IMG/VR virus record: IMGVR_UViG_3300045966_000076
Coordinates: 1 to 54,011 of that record
Strand: one strand, 5' to 3'
DNA from: a virus
Taxonomy: Duplodnaviria > Caudoviricetes
DNA length: 54,011 nucleotides
Part shown: positions 8,780 to 18,424 of the stretch, in pieces
How the letters are laid out: the number at the start of each line of letters is the position of its first letter
Position numbering within the stretch: the first letter of the stretch is position 1
Made by a program: the position numbers and the translations under genes
The notes under the pieces: model-generated
What the model was told of the DNA's origin: nothing
Seen by the model: the letters and a program-made list of their open reading frames with translations, nothing else
Database searches by the model: none

Positions 8780-8811
8780 CACGCGACCTCGGAACTCGGC
8801 ATGGGGCGCCC

Positions 8812-9165
8812 TCACTGTCCGCACGGTTGCCCGGTATCGACGACGAACATCTGCGTCCCGCACGCGACCGCCCGCGCGGTGTTGCCCTTCATCACGAAGA
8901 CGCAGACCTGGCCTTCTGATCCCCACGTGCCCTGCCCCAGCTGCGGCCATTCGCCGCAGACCGTCCACGGGCCGACGCGTTCGCCGCCGATGCGGAAGAT
9001 GCGGTACGGCGTCGAGAATGTCAACGCCGGCGGCGCCGGGGGCGTCTTCACGACCGCGATCTGGAGATCGGCCGGCACCAGCCACCAGATCAGCAGGCCA
9101 GCGACCGCGATCGCCGCGACGCAGAACGTGATCGGCCGTCGGGCGACGACCTCGACGAGGCTCAC
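8812..9165 (-). CDS. Membrane-anchored protein
   Basis: N-terminal TM helix, Cys pairs. Confidence 0.6.
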   Translation of the reverse strand: MSLVEVVARRPITFCVAAIAVAGLLIWWLVPADLQIAVVKTPPAPPALTFSTPYRIFRIGGERVGPWTVCGEWPQLGQGTWGSEGQVCVFVMKGNTARAVACGTQMFVVDTGQPCGQ

Positions 9166-9932
9166 AGCGACTCCGGATCAAGCCACCACGCGACGAAGAA
9201 CGTGACGCGGTCGGCGCGGCCGACGCTGCGCTGATACTTCGTGAGCCCCGGCTTGAGCACCTGGCCGACGACGATCGGGTCTTCGCGTCGGCCGGTGACG
9301 ACGCCGATGCGGTCGAAGATCTTCAGCGTCATCGCCCGCGCGGTGGCGTCGACGACCTCGGGCCGGATCGCCTGCACCGGGAACTCGACCGGCGTGAAGT
9401 CTTCGGCCGATTCGCGCTTCTTCTGCAGCTCCTTGCCCGGCCGGCTCGGATCCGGCTCGACCCATCGCTCGATCGTCGTCGCGTTCTGGCCGCCGACGTA
9501 GCGGCCCTCGCCGACCGGCAGCGCCTCGGCGACGGCGTTACGCACCGTCTGCGAGCCCTCCCACTCGCTCGTCGCCGGCCACGGATTCTCGCGATGCGTG
9601 CGGACGGCGATGACCTCGACGTCGAAGTTCGGCACGATGAGGTAGCCGGCGTCGACGGCGGCGCGCAGCTTCGTGTAATACGTGATCTGCGCCTCGAGTT
9701 TCCGGCAGGCCCGCTCGAAGTTGTCGGCCTTCCAGCCGTGCTCGACGGCGATGCGCGCGTTGTCGATGGCGTCCGATCGGTCACGGCCGAGCGTGTGCAG
9801 CTTGCGATCGAGCCAGACGATGAGCGCCTGCTGCTGGCGCGGGATGTCGGCCGGCGTGAGCGCGACGAGCTGCCGCGTGCCCTGCAGGTGATCGTCGTCG
9901 GCGTGCGACACAGTGAGTGGATCGTCGGTCAT
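9162..9932 (-). CDS. Hypothetical protein
   Basis: ATGA coupling, RBS GGAGG; globular composition. Confidence 0.75.
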   Translation of the reverse strand: MTDDPLTVSHADDDHLQGTRQLVALTPADIPRQQQALIVWLDRKLHTLGRDRSDAIDNARIAVEHGWKADNFERACRKLEAQITYYTKLRAAVDAGYLIVPNFDVEVIAVRTHRENPWPATSEWEGSQTVRNAVAEALPVGEGRYVGGQNATTIERWVEPDPSRPGKELQKKRESAEDFTPVEFPVQAIRPEVVDATARAMTLKIFDRIGVVTGRREDPIVVGQVLKPGLTKYQRSVGRADRVTFFVAWWLDPESL

Positions 9933-10123
9933 CGGGTCCTCCGTTTCTTCGGCGATGCGGCCTCGCGCGCCCGGTCTTCGGCGTCGAGCCGGTCGTGGCT
10001 CTGCTGGTACGCGTAGTCTTCCGCTTCGTGGACGTGCGCGACGCACACCACGCGATCGGGCCCGGCGCGGAAGAGTCCGGGCCGGCCGCAGTGACACGTG
10101 CCGATCGCGCGCGACGTCGTCAT
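9929..10123 (-). CDS. Small Cys/His protein
   Basis: CHCG...CVAH; coupled. Confidence 0.55.
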   Translation of the reverse strand: MTTSRAIGTCHCGRPGLFRAGPDRVVCVAHVHEAEDYAYQQSHDRLDAEDRAREAASPKKRRTR

Positions 10124-10371
10124 CGGCCCTCCTGCGGCGTGCCGACCGTCACGGCGAACGCCGCCAGTTCGTCTTGTAGTCCGTGTACGTACCGCTCGTG
10201 ATCAACTTCGCTTGCGTCGTCGGGAATCGTCACGAGCAGCGTGATGATCGCGGCGGCGCCGGCGTAGAACGCCCGGCGGCACTCTTGAATCTGGATCGGC
10301 GGGGCGCCGGCCAGTAATTCGCGCGTGTAGCTGTTCCACTCATCTCGTACGGTGTTCGTGGGCATCGGCAT
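10120..10371 (-). CDS. Hypothetical phage protein
   Basis: QECRRAFYAGA motif; TGATG coupling. Confidence 0.7.
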   Translation of the reverse strand: MPMPTNTVRDEWNSYTRELLAGAPPIQIQECRRAFYAGAAAIITLLVTIPDDASEVDHERYVHGLQDELAAFAVTVGTPQEGR

Positions 10372-10967
10372 CAGTGCACCCCCTTCTGGCGGCGGCCGCG
10401 CTTGCCCTTCTTCTGCTCGTCGAGCACGTCGCCGGCGTCCGGATCGGGCGGCGGCAGCATCGCGGCCTTCGCCGCGCGGCGTTCGGCGAACAGGTCCTGC
10501 TGCTCGGGCTCGAAGGTGAACAGCATAAAGTCGCCGAAGAACCCGCACAGGAAGTCGCGATGCGTTTTTTCGGCCGGGTCGACGAGGCAGTTGATCGTGC
10601 ACTTGAGCCGCAGGACCGGCGCGTCGTCGTCGTCGGGCCCTGGCGTCGTGATGTCGAGCGTCGGCACCCGCACGTGCCGCAGGATGCAGTGCGGGTCGGT
10701 CGTGTCGACGGCCATGCGCGCGGCGATCGCCTGCGTCTTGTCGCGCAGGCGGACCTTGACGCCCTTCATCTCGCGGCGCACTTTGCCCTGCCGCGTGAAG
10801 CAGTGCTCGGCGATCTCCGGGCCCAGCTCGCGCGCCAGCTCCAGTGTGAGCGGGTCAAGCACCAGCCCGACGGAGAACATCTTGAGACGCTCGTCGTCGT
10901 CGTCGGCTTTTACCAGCTTCAGCGCGGCCTTCTTGATCTGCAGGCGCAGGTGCGGTGTCGTGAACAT
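10371..10967 (-). CDS. Hypothetical protein
   Basis: RBS GGAGG before MFTTPHL. Confidence 0.7.
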   Translation of the reverse strand: MFTTPHLRLQIKKAALKLVKADDDDERLKMFSVGLVLDPLTLELARELGPEIAEHCFTRQGKVRREMKGVKVRLRDKTQAIAARMAVDTTDPHCILRHVRVPTLDITTPGPDDDDAPVLRLKCTINCLVDPAEKTHRDFLCGFFGDFMLFTFEPEQQDLFAERRAAKAAMLPPPDPDAGDVLDEQKKGKRGRRQKGVH

Positions 10968-11562
10968 GTCGAGGACCTCCGGGGTCGGCCGACGGCGGCG
11001 CCGGCCACAGGAAGAAGACGGTGACCGGCGTCGCGCCGATCGGCGAGACGTCCTGCACGGGCGGCAGCATCTGCAGCCACTCGCGCCGGTCTTCACGGAT
11101 CAGGTGCTGGTCTTTCATCGCGTCGTACAGCTGCTTCGGGGCGCCGGCCAGCGAGTCGTCATCCTTCAGGAACTCGCGTACCGACGGCACGAGGCGCACG
11201 ATCTGCACGGTCATTCGCACGCGGCAGGCCGGCGCGCGGCCGAGCGACTCGAGGCCGGCGAAGCTGGCGACTTCTTCGGCGTCGCACACGACCAGGCGCA
11301 GGTGCGTGCCCCACTTCTTCCGGAGATAGCTGCGCTTGCGCCAGTCGTTCATCCACATGTTCACGCCCTGCAGTTTCTCGGGCATCAGGCCGACGAGCGC
11401 GTCGTCGACCTTCAGTCCGATCGGCAGGTGGTACCGCTCCAGATGCCGCATGGCCTGCCGCACGAGGACCGACAGGTTCGGATCGCCGGCACGTGCGGCG
11501 GCGACGAGCGCGGCCGCCGCCGCACGGAACACGCCGGGGCCGGTGAGCGCGAGCGTCATCAC
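10855..11562 (-). CDS. RusA-like Holliday junction resolvase
   Basis: DDDSL...K...DAM...LIRED resembles RusA D-x-D-N/K/D-D; C-terminus overlaps next gene. Confidence 0.55.
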   Translation of the reverse strand: MMTLALTGPGVFRAAAAALVAAARAGDPNLSVLVRQAMRHLERYHLPIGLKVDDALVGLMPEKLQGVNMWMNDWRKRSYLRKKWGTHLRLVVCDAEEVASFAGLESLGRAPACRVRMTVQIVRLVPSVREFLKDDDSLAGAPKQLYDAMKDQHLIREDRREWLQMLPPVQDVSPIGATPVTVFFLWPAPPSADPGGPRHVHDTAPAPADQEGRAEAGKSRRRRRASQDVLRRAGA

Positions 11563-12050
11563 TCCTTGAACAGCCCGTCCTGCAATAACTTCAGCATCTT
11601 CTGGGCAGCCTTCAACTGGGCCTTCCCCAGCAGCCGACCCCGGAGCTGGGCCTGCGATTCAATTTGCTCCGCTGTGGCCGCTGCCGCCGGCCAGCCGCCG
11701 CCGTCGCCGTCCTCACACTCGCACGTGCCATCGGCCCACGCCGAGTAGAAGTCCTGCGACGGTGACTCGTAAATGAAGTCGATCCAGCAGGACGCGCCCA
11801 TCGGCTCGGTGCATCGCTCGAACTCGCCGGTATTGCCGTAGGTCTCGCAGAAGTCCATGTCGCACGTGGCGGCGCAGTCGAGCAGCGCGTTGTTCGCGGC
11901 CTGCGCCTCGTCCTGATGCACGCCGTGGCCGATCAAGCCCATGATGTTGCAGCCGCTGCCGGTGCAGCGCGCGTCGACGGTGAAGCCGGGCGCGGTCATC
12001 ACGAGGCCGAACACGAGCGCGAGCGTCACGAGTGCGGGAGTCGGTTTCAT
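11559..12050 (-). CDS. Secreted Cys-rich protein
   Basis: Signal peptide then multiple Cys; ATGA-coupled. Confidence 0.7.
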   Translation of the reverse strand: MKPTPALVTLALVFGLVMTAPGFTVDARCTGSGCNIMGLIGHGVHQDEAQAANNALLDCAATCDMDFCETYGNTGEFERCTEPMGASCWIDFIYESPSQDFYSAWADGTCECEDGDGGGWPAAAATAEQIESQAQLRGRLLGKAQLKAAQKMLKLLQDGLFKE

Positions 12051-12181
12051 CGGATCCTCCTTGTCGCCGAGAACTTCACGTAGACCGCCGTCACGGCGAC
12101 GACGACGACGATCCAGCCGAGCGAAACGTACAGCACGAAGGCCTCGAAGTCCCACGTCTGCACCCAGTCGGTGATGCTCAT
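12047..12181 (-). CDS. Small membrane protein
   Basis: One TM helix; coupled. Confidence 0.6.
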   Translation of the reverse strand: MSITDWVQTWDFEAFVLYVSLGWIVVVVAVTAVYVKFSATRRIR

Positions 12182-12297
12182 GTGTTGCCCCCTTTGTCGT
12201 TGTTCTTCCGCTGCCGCCACGCGAGCCAGATCCAGACGAGGACCCACGTGATCACGATCGGGATGACGAGCACGTCGACGAAGTCGAACAGATTCAT
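12178..12297 (-). CDS. Small membrane protein
   Basis: One TM helix; coupled. Confidence 0.6.
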   Translation of the reverse strand: MNLFDFVDVLVIPIVITWVLVWIWLAWRQRKNNDKGGNT

Positions 12298-12995
12298 GCG
12301 GCCCTCCGCTCGAAGAAGCTGGCCTCGCGGATGTCGTTGTTCGTCGAACGGATGACGGTGATCGAGCCCCAGTGATGCCAGGCCGTCTTCTGATACATCG
12401 GCGGCTGCGTGTCGAGCCAGACGACGTGCGTGCCCGCGCTGCAGGCCCGCGCCATCGCGCGGAACGCGCGCCAGGATTCGACCTCGGGCGTGCCGTAGAG
12501 CGCGCGCGCGTGGCCTTTGTAGGGCGGATCGCACAGCACGAGCCGGAACGCCCGCCGCGGCCGCATCCGCGCGAGCAGCGCGGGCAGGTCATAGACGGAG
12601 CCGTAGATGTCGGCGTCGATGACGTTCCGCACGTCGACGCGGACGTACGGGCCGGGCGGCAGCGAGCCGGAGAACAGATGCAGGACCTCGCGCGCGTCGA
12701 TGTCGGGGAACATCGCGTGCACGCGGGCGAGGTAGCTGTGCGGGTAGGCCCCCGGATAGCGCGTCGCGTTCTTGAAGTAGTTGCCGATCATCCAGTGGCC
12801 GTACACCCAGCGGCCCGACGGCGAGACGTACGGCACGGAGTCACGTGAGAAGCGTCGATGCCGCGCGTACGCGTCGCACCGCTCGTGCGGGGTCAGTCCG
12901 TGGCGCGGGGTGATCGGGAACGTGACGGTCTCGCCCCACGGAAACCGCACGGTCTCGCCGCGCGCGAAGCGGCCCGTCGCTGTCCGCAGTGTCAT
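12294..12995 (-). CDS. Putative amino (N6A/N4C) DNA methyltransferase
   Basis: VLHLFSGS (motif I), LCDPPY (motif IV). Confidence 0.78.
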   Translation of the reverse strand: MTLRTATGRFARGETVRFPWGETVTFPITPRHGLTPHERCDAYARHRRFSRDSVPYVSPSGRWVYGHWMIGNYFKNATRYPGAYPHSYLARVHAMFPDIDAREVLHLFSGSLPPGPYVRVDVRNVIDADIYGSVYDLPALLARMRPRRAFRLVLCDPPYKGHARALYGTPEVESWRAFRAMARACSAGTHVVWLDTQPPMYQKTAWHHWGSITVIRSTNNDIREASFFERRAA

Positions 12996-13300
12996 CGTCG
13001 TCGCCCGGTGTAGGGCGGCACGCCGTGACGCGGGCCGGTGGATCGGGGCACGCCATGACGCGGGCGCTTGAAGCGCGCGCGATCGGGACACGTGGCCCAG
13101 TGATTCGGCGCGAGATCGACGGTCAGCATCTCGCGCTTCGTGAGGATCTCTTCCTCGGTGACGATCGCCTCGGGCATCCGGTCGAAGCACATTTGTCGAC
13201 CGGATGCCACGATCTGCGCCCACACGATCCGGCGGCGACACGTCGCCCCCCGGCAGAAGTCCCACCGGATCGTGTCTTTCCAGATCTTCGTCGTCGCCAT
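12992..13300 (-). CDS. Zn-binding phage protein
   Basis: CRGATC...IVW...HWATCP pattern. Confidence 0.75.
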   Translation of the reverse strand: MATTKIWKDTIRWDFCRGATCRRRIVWAQIVASGRQMCFDRMPEAIVTEEEILTKREMLTVDLAPNHWATCPDRARFKRPRHGVPRSTGPRHGVPPYTGRRR

Positions 13301-13304
13301 CGCG

Positions 13305-13736
13305 TCACCGCGCCAGGATGATCGTGCGCTTGCCCTCGAAGGCCGCCATGACCAGCTCGCGCAGCGTGAGGACCTTCTCGGCCTGCGCGCGCGCGATGAG
13401 ATCCGGATCGCGGGCGCGCAGCTCGTCGAGCAGTTCGTTGACCTGCTCGCGCAGCACGTCGAGGTCGTCGGTCGCGTGCGTATGGATGACCTCGATGAGC
13501 GATCGGCCGGCCATGACGAGCAGCTGCTGCTCATCGGGCGGCCGCTCGGCGAACGCGTCGACCCACAGGTTCGCCGCCGGGTGCACGTGCGCGAGCGCGC
13601 GCAGCACGACGGCCGAGAGCAGCCGGCCGAGTTCGCAGGTCGAGCAGACGACGCGCGTCTCGTCGGCCCAGCTGCAGCCGGTCGCACACGGCGCGTCGTC
13701 TCGGCACTCGCAGTACTGACAGACGCCGGGGGTCAT
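13305..13736 (-). CDS. Cys-rich zinc-finger protein
   Basis: CQYCEC...C...CSW...CSTC. Confidence 0.75.
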   Translation of the reverse strand: MTPGVCQYCECRDDAPCATGCSWADETRVVCSTCELGRLLSAVVLRALAHVHPAANLWVDAFAERPPDEQQLLVMAGRSLIEVIHTHATDDLDVLREQVNELLDELRARDPDLIARAQAEKVLTLRELVMAAFEGKRTIILAR

Positions 13737-15262
13737 CGGCCCCCCGCTTTCGCCTGCGGCTTCGCTGTGACTCCGGACGTCTGGACTGGCTCGCAGCTCT
13801 TCACGTCGACCTTCAGCGCCTTCGCCCAGCTGACCATCTTCGCCTCGTTGCCCGACCAGTCATACCGGAACGTCTCGCCGATCGCGCGGTCGAGCAGCGC
13901 GCGCGACAGTCCGGCCGGCTTCGTCGATCCCGGCAGTCCGTACGCGGCGAGCAGCTTGGCGAAGACCGGCTTCGGCAGCGTGCCGTTCAGCTTCGCGACG
14001 GCCGCGCGCGTCGCCTTTTCCAGCGCCGGCTTGAACGTCTTCCAGCGCAGCTCGCGGGCCTCGCGCTCGGCCTTGTCGCGCGCGTCGCGGGCGGCGAGCG
14101 CGGCTTCCTGGCGCTTGCGATTGCCGGCCGCCGTGGTCTTGCCCGCGGCCTGCGCCTTCTCGCGCTTCTTCTTCTCGTTGACCTCGCGCTTCCAGTGCAC
14201 GACGCACTTGTCGCGCGCGATGCAGACGTCGAAGGCCTGGCCGCGGTCGGCGCCGGCGGCGACGACGCCCAGCGTCGCGTGCTCGCACTTCGGATTCCCA
14301 CGCGTGCCGTCGGCGCGCTTCCATGACTTCGGCCCGTAGGTGCGCTCGTCCTCGTCGCGCGCTTCCGGCTGCGTGTAGTGCTCGTGCGTGATCGCGATGA
14401 GCGCGCGGCGCAGGTTCCGCTCGGCCATCGCCGTCGATGATGCGGTGGCCCGCGCCTGCTGCTCGACGGCGGCGACGCGCTCGGCGACGTCGCCGAAGAC
14501 GAGCGGGGCGGCGTGCGCCGCGTGCTCGACGTCGAACCGCACGTGGTCATCGATCCAGTGCTGCAGTTCGCGGACGGTGACCGCCTTCAGGCCGTAGCTC
14601 GGATCCTTCTTGCGCGCGGCCTCGTCGTACGGCAGACCTTCCTCGCGCGTCCAGAGCCCGCCGCGCTTGTCGCCGTACTCGCCCGTGCCGACGTGAATGA
14701 CGCGGATCTGGTCCTCGGCCTTGAGGCGCGCGATGAGGATCGCGTGCCCGACGGAGATCCGATCGGCGGCGAGGAACTTCTTCGCGGGCGGGATGAGATC
14801 GTTCAGCTTCATCCGGTCCCACACCCACTGCGGCGACATGCCGAGGCGGGCCGCGATCGACTCGGCGCTGTGCTTCGTCGGGTTCGAGTCGATGAGCGCG
14901 CGGTAGCCCTTCGCCTGTTCGAGCGGCGTGAGATCGCGCCGCTGGATGTTCTCGATGAGCTGAATCTCGAGGACGGCCTCGTCGTCGAGCGCGCGGATGA
15001 TCGCCGGGATGTCGGTGACGCCGTTCGCGGCCAGCTTCGAGGCGCGCACGCGTCGCTCGCCGGCGACGATCTCGTAGCCGGACTTGCCGCGCACCTGGCG
15101 CACGAGGATCGGCTGCACGACGCCCTTCTGCTTGATGGATGCCGCGAGCTCGGCGAGGGCCGTCTCGTCGAAGTTCTCGCGCGGCTGCGTCTTCGAGGCG
15201 AAGAGCTGGTCGAGCGGGATGCGCTCGAAGCGGTCGGGTGTTGCCGTCTGGGGTGTAGTCAT
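13733..15262 (-). CDS. parB: ParB/Spo0J family protein
   Basis: QPRENFD, SIKQKGVVQPILVR, IVAGERRVRA, ENIQRRDL, HTH. Confidence 0.9.
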   Translation of the reverse strand: MTTPQTATPDRFERIPLDQLFASKTQPRENFDETALAELAASIKQKGVVQPILVRQVRGKSGYEIVAGERRVRASKLAANGVTDIPAIIRALDDEAVLEIQLIENIQRRDLTPLEQAKGYRALIDSNPTKHSAESIAARLGMSPQWVWDRMKLNDLIPPAKKFLAADRISVGHAILIARLKAEDQIRVIHVGTGEYGDKRGGLWTREEGLPYDEAARKKDPSYGLKAVTVRELQHWIDDHVRFDVEHAAHAAPLVFGDVAERVAAVEQQARATASSTAMAERNLRRALIAITHEHYTQPEARDEDERTYGPKSWKRADGTRGNPKCEHATLGVVAAGADRGQAFDVCIARDKCVVHWKREVNEKKKREKAQAAGKTTAAGNRKRQEAALAARDARDKAEREARELRWKTFKPALEKATRAAVAKLNGTLPKPVFAKLLAAYGLPGSTKPAGLSRALLDRAIGETFRYDWSGNEAKMVSWAKALKVDVKSCEPVQTSGVTAKPQAKAGGR

Positions 15263-15588
15263 CGGTCGTCGCTCCTTGTGGATTCGAGGGCTTCAGCGAT
15301 CGCGTCGACAGCGGCCTCGGGCGTCTGTCGGCGCAGCGCGGTCAAGTCGAGGCCGATCGCGGCCACCGCGCTAAAACTTTCCGCGTCGCGTTCGGCGAAC
15401 GGATCGCCGGCCGCGCGCTGTTTGTAAATCTCGGCCCAGTCGACCGGGCCCTGTGCGTGCGCGACGCAGCGCAGCATGATGCGGCGCACGCCGGTGAGCG
15501 TGATCACCTGCACCGGCTGGCCGGGCGGGATTTCGCACCAGTCGAACCCGCACCGCTCGTGTCGTTCGGCGAGTCGCCAGCTTCTCAT
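15259..15588 (-). CDS. Hypothetical protein
   Basis: ATGA-coupled; C-x4-C...CxxH. Confidence 0.65.
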   Translation of the reverse strand: MRSWRLAERHERCGFDWCEIPPGQPVQVITLTGVRRIMLRCVAHAQGPVDWAEIYKQRAAGDPFAERDAESFSAVAAIGLDLTALRRQTPEAAVDAIAEALESTRSDDR

Positions 15589-16193
15589 CGGAAGACCTCA
15601 TCGACGTGCGGGGCGATGCAGCCCGGCTCGCCACAGATCGGACACGGCCGCTGTCGACGCTCGCGATCGCAGCGGTCCTTCAGCCAGCGCGCGATCGTCG
15701 TGCCGTCGGTGAGGTCGGCGATCGGGATCGCCCGGCCGGGGATCAGCAGCGACGTCCGCCGCTCGCGCGGCTCGTAGCAGTTCGCGATCGTCGGGTACGT
15801 CTCGATGCGGCGCCGACTCATGCCGCCGACGAGCTGCACCAACCGCGCGCCGACGGTGCACCAGATGAGCACGACGAGCTGCGCGGTGCGCTTCACCAGC
15901 ATCGAGTTCTTCACCGGCAGGAAGTACGGCCGGGCCTTGCACGCCTTCGTGTCGATGGTCACGCCGGCGACGCGGAAGTCGAAGCCCTCGTCGCCCGTGT
16001 CGCCGGTGAACTCCGGCACCGGCAGGCCGAAGAACATCGCGAAGGACCACTCGGCCGCCCAGCCGATGACGTTCTCGGCTTCCTCGACGGTGGTCATGCG
16101 CGGCGAGGTCCGCGCGGCACAGTGCGCTTGCCGGCGGCGTCCCATCTCGACGGCCAGGTCCCAGTCGGGCGCGGGCATCTCGACGTAGCTCAT
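15585..16193 (-). CDS. Putative PD-(D/E)xK nuclease-like protein
   Basis: G..AE...GDEGFDF...IDTK; C-terminal CPICG. Confidence 0.6.
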   Translation of the reverse strand: MSYVEMPAPDWDLAVEMGRRRQAHCAARTSPRMTTVEEAENVIGWAAEWSFAMFFGLPVPEFTGDTGDEGFDFRVAGVTIDTKACKARPYFLPVKNSMLVKRTAQLVVLIWCTVGARLVQLVGGMSRRRIETYPTIANCYEPRERRTSLLIPGRAIPIADLTDGTTIARWLKDRCDRERRQRPCPICGEPGCIAPHVDEVFR

Positions 16194-16993
16194 CCCGTCC
16201 TCCGATCGCGATCGAGTCGCAGCCGGCGCTGCCGCTCACGCGCGCCGCGGCGGGCGATCACCGCGTCGACGACGGCCGTCAGATCGCGCGGGTGCGGCGA
16301 GGCGCTTGTCAGCTCCTGCACGACGAAGCGGCCCAGCTCGGCGACCAGCTCGCCGGGCTTCGGGCCGAGGGCGTCGACGTAGGGCGGGCCCGACTCGATG
16401 AGCGCGTGCACCTTCGCGTGCAGGTGCCGCCGCAGTTCCCAGACTTCGAGATCCATGCGCGCCAGTCCCGCGCGTCGGCGCGGCTCTTCCGGATCTGGAT
16501 CTTCTACGGGGACGGGGACGGGATCGCGCGCGCGCGCGAGCGCCGCGGATTCCGCTCGGAGTCCGCCCGGATTCCGCTCGGAGTCCGCCCGGATTCCGCT
16601 CGGCGTCCGCCCGGACGCTGCGCCGGACTTCCGCGCCCGCGCGGCCCGCTTGCGGGCGGCATCCTGTGCCCGTTTTTCCTTCACGTCGGCGGCGTCCGGG
16701 TTGTGGTGTTCCCAGTCGTGAAACTGATAGCCCGGCTCGTCGTTGACCTGCGTCTTCTTGAACAGCCCGGCGCGCGCGCACGCATTCATCACGGTCTCGG
16801 CCCGCGCGTCGGTGCGGAAGGTCTGCACCGCGATCGCCGGGACGAAGCCGTCGGTCAGATACTTCGAGGCGTACAGGCCCGCTTCGAGCCAGACGGCGGC
16901 GACCCGCCCGATGTGCTTGGGCCCGCCGAGCATCCGCGCGGCGGCTAGGACCTTCGGATGGTCGAGGAACTGGTCATCAACCTTGAACCACAT
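16190..16993 (-). CDS. Phage replication initiator (HTH type)
   Basis: MWFKVDD..DHPK...TDGF...YQFHDW..HNP; contains internal tandem repeats. Confidence 0.8.
   Translation of the reverse strand: MWFKVDDQFLDHPKVLAAARMLGGPKHIGRVAAVWLEAGLYASKYLTDGFVPAIAVQTFRTDARAETVMNACARAGLFKKTQVNDEPGYQFHDWEHHNPDAADVKEKRAQDAARKRAARARKSGAASGRTPSGIRADSERNPGGLRAESAALARARDPVPVPVEDPDPEEPRRRAGLARMDLEVWELRRHLHAKVHALIESGPPYVDALGPKPGELVAELGRFVVQELTSASPHPRDLTAVVDAVIARRGARERQRRLRLDRDRRTG
16547..16615. repeat. Three 22-bp tandem repeats, probable origin iterons
   Basis: GGATTCCGCTCGG(A/C)GTCCGCCC x3 inside the initiator gene. Confidence 0.8.
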
Positions 16994-17004
16994 GGGGCGG
17001 TCCT

Positions 17005-17793
17005 TCAGCGGCGAGCCGCGACGTCGGGCGTCTCGAACGCGCGCAGGCCGGGGATCCGATTGAGGCCCTCGCGCATCGCGCGGGCCATTTCGTTGATCGT
17101 CATCTGGCGCGCGTCGAGCAGGTGCCGTAGTTCCGGCTGCGCGAGGCAGTGCTTGATGAGCTGCAGATCGCTGGTCGCGACCTCGCGAAGTCGCAGCGCG
17201 TGCGCGTGTTCGGGGTGCGCGGCGCAGTGCGCGACGAACGCACGCAGGTCGACGCAGCTGCCGGTCCACGTCATGCGATGCACGATGCCGGCGACCCGCG
17301 GCGGCCGCGGCGGGACGACGGGCACGGACGGGGCCGGGGCCTGGATCTGTTCCTCGACGATCTGCTCGGCCTGCTGCACGAGACCGACGTCGCCCCAGCC
17401 CTTGCCTTCCTTCTCCAGCGCGGCCGCGCGTTCGAGCGCCTCGGCGTCGGCGCGCAGTCGTTCTTCTTCCTCCCGTCGACGCTGCTGCTCGCGCGCCCGT
17501 CGCGCCTTGAGTTCCTTGTAGTCGACGAGATGGTCCTTGATGATGCGTTCGGCCTGGATGAGCGGCGTGCGCACGTCGGCCTTCTTCGCCTTCGCGGTGG
17601 CGACGGCCCGCTCGGCGTCCTTGATGATCGGATCGAAGGCCTGGTCGGCTTCGTCGAGCAGCGCCTTGATGCCCTTGAGCAGCTCGGCGGCGGCGACATA
17701 CGCGTCGTCGGTGTCGACGACGGTCGCGCGCGCGCGGTCGGGCCACGTGAGTGCCTTCTGCAGGACGGCCTGCCGGGGGTCAGAGACAGCCAT
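17005..17793 (-). CDS. Coiled-coil protein of recombination module
   Basis: Long helical region then W...VD...IPGL. Confidence 0.7.
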   Translation of the reverse strand: MAVSDPRQAVLQKALTWPDRARATVVDTDDAYVAAAELLKGIKALLDEADQAFDPIIKDAERAVATAKAKKADVRTPLIQAERIIKDHLVDYKELKARRAREQQRRREEEERLRADAEALERAAALEKEGKGWGDVGLVQQAEQIVEEQIQAPAPSVPVVPPRPPRVAGIVHRMTWTGSCVDLRAFVAHCAAHPEHAHALRLREVATSDLQLIKHCLAQPELRHLLDARQMTINEMARAMREGLNRIPGLRAFETPDVAARR

Positions 17794-18424
17794 GATGTGC
17801 GATTCTCCAGCGCACGATGCGAAGTGCGGACAAGAAGATCTGCTCGTCGCCCGGCTGCTCGTACGGGACAAGCCGGTAGGTCCCGTCGCCGGGCAGGATG
17901 AGCGCCTTGCGATCGAAGAGCACCGGCACGGCGTAGAGCCGCCGCGCCATCCACGCGTAGGCCGCGAGCTGGATCGCGGTAGCCGGCGACTCGCCCGGCT
18001 TGATGTCGTAGAGTCGACGTCGACGCGGGTGATCGTTGGGATGCCGCACGATGAGGTCGAGCGTGCCGGCGACGTGATGTGTGCGGTCGGACACGATCTG
18101 CTCGCAGAACTCGACCGCGCCGCCGACTTCCTGGCGGAACTTCCGGTAGCCGGTGAGATAGCCGACGAGCCGCTCGTCGAGTCGGTCCTCGTCGAGCGCC
18201 CCTTCGTTCTCCAGCGCGACCATCTGATGAACCTTCTGGCCGCGGTCGCGGTGCCACTCCGTGAACCACGGCGCGCTGTAGTCGGTCAGCTTCACGGCGC
18301 CGAGGATGCGCGTCACGCCCTGCAGTTCGATGTCGCCGGCGAAGTACTGATGCGACGCCGAGCGCCAGACGTCGCCGAGCCCGATCGCCTGCTTCAAATC
18401 AGCGAGCGCGTCGTGTCCAGTCAT
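17780..18424 (-). CDS. PD-(D/E)xK exonuclease
   Basis: GVTRIL, RGQKVH, AGTLD, DIK, QLAAY. Confidence 0.85.
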   Translation of the reverse strand: MTGHDALADLKQAIGLGDVWRSASHQYFAGDIELQGVTRILGAVKLTDYSAPWFTEWHRDRGQKVHQMVALENEGALDEDRLDERLVGYLTGYRKFRQEVGGAVEFCEQIVSDRTHHVAGTLDLIVRHPNDHPRRRRLYDIKPGESPATAIQLAAYAWMARRLYAVPVLFDRKALILPGDGTYRLVPYEQPGDEQIFLSALRIVRWRIAHHGCL

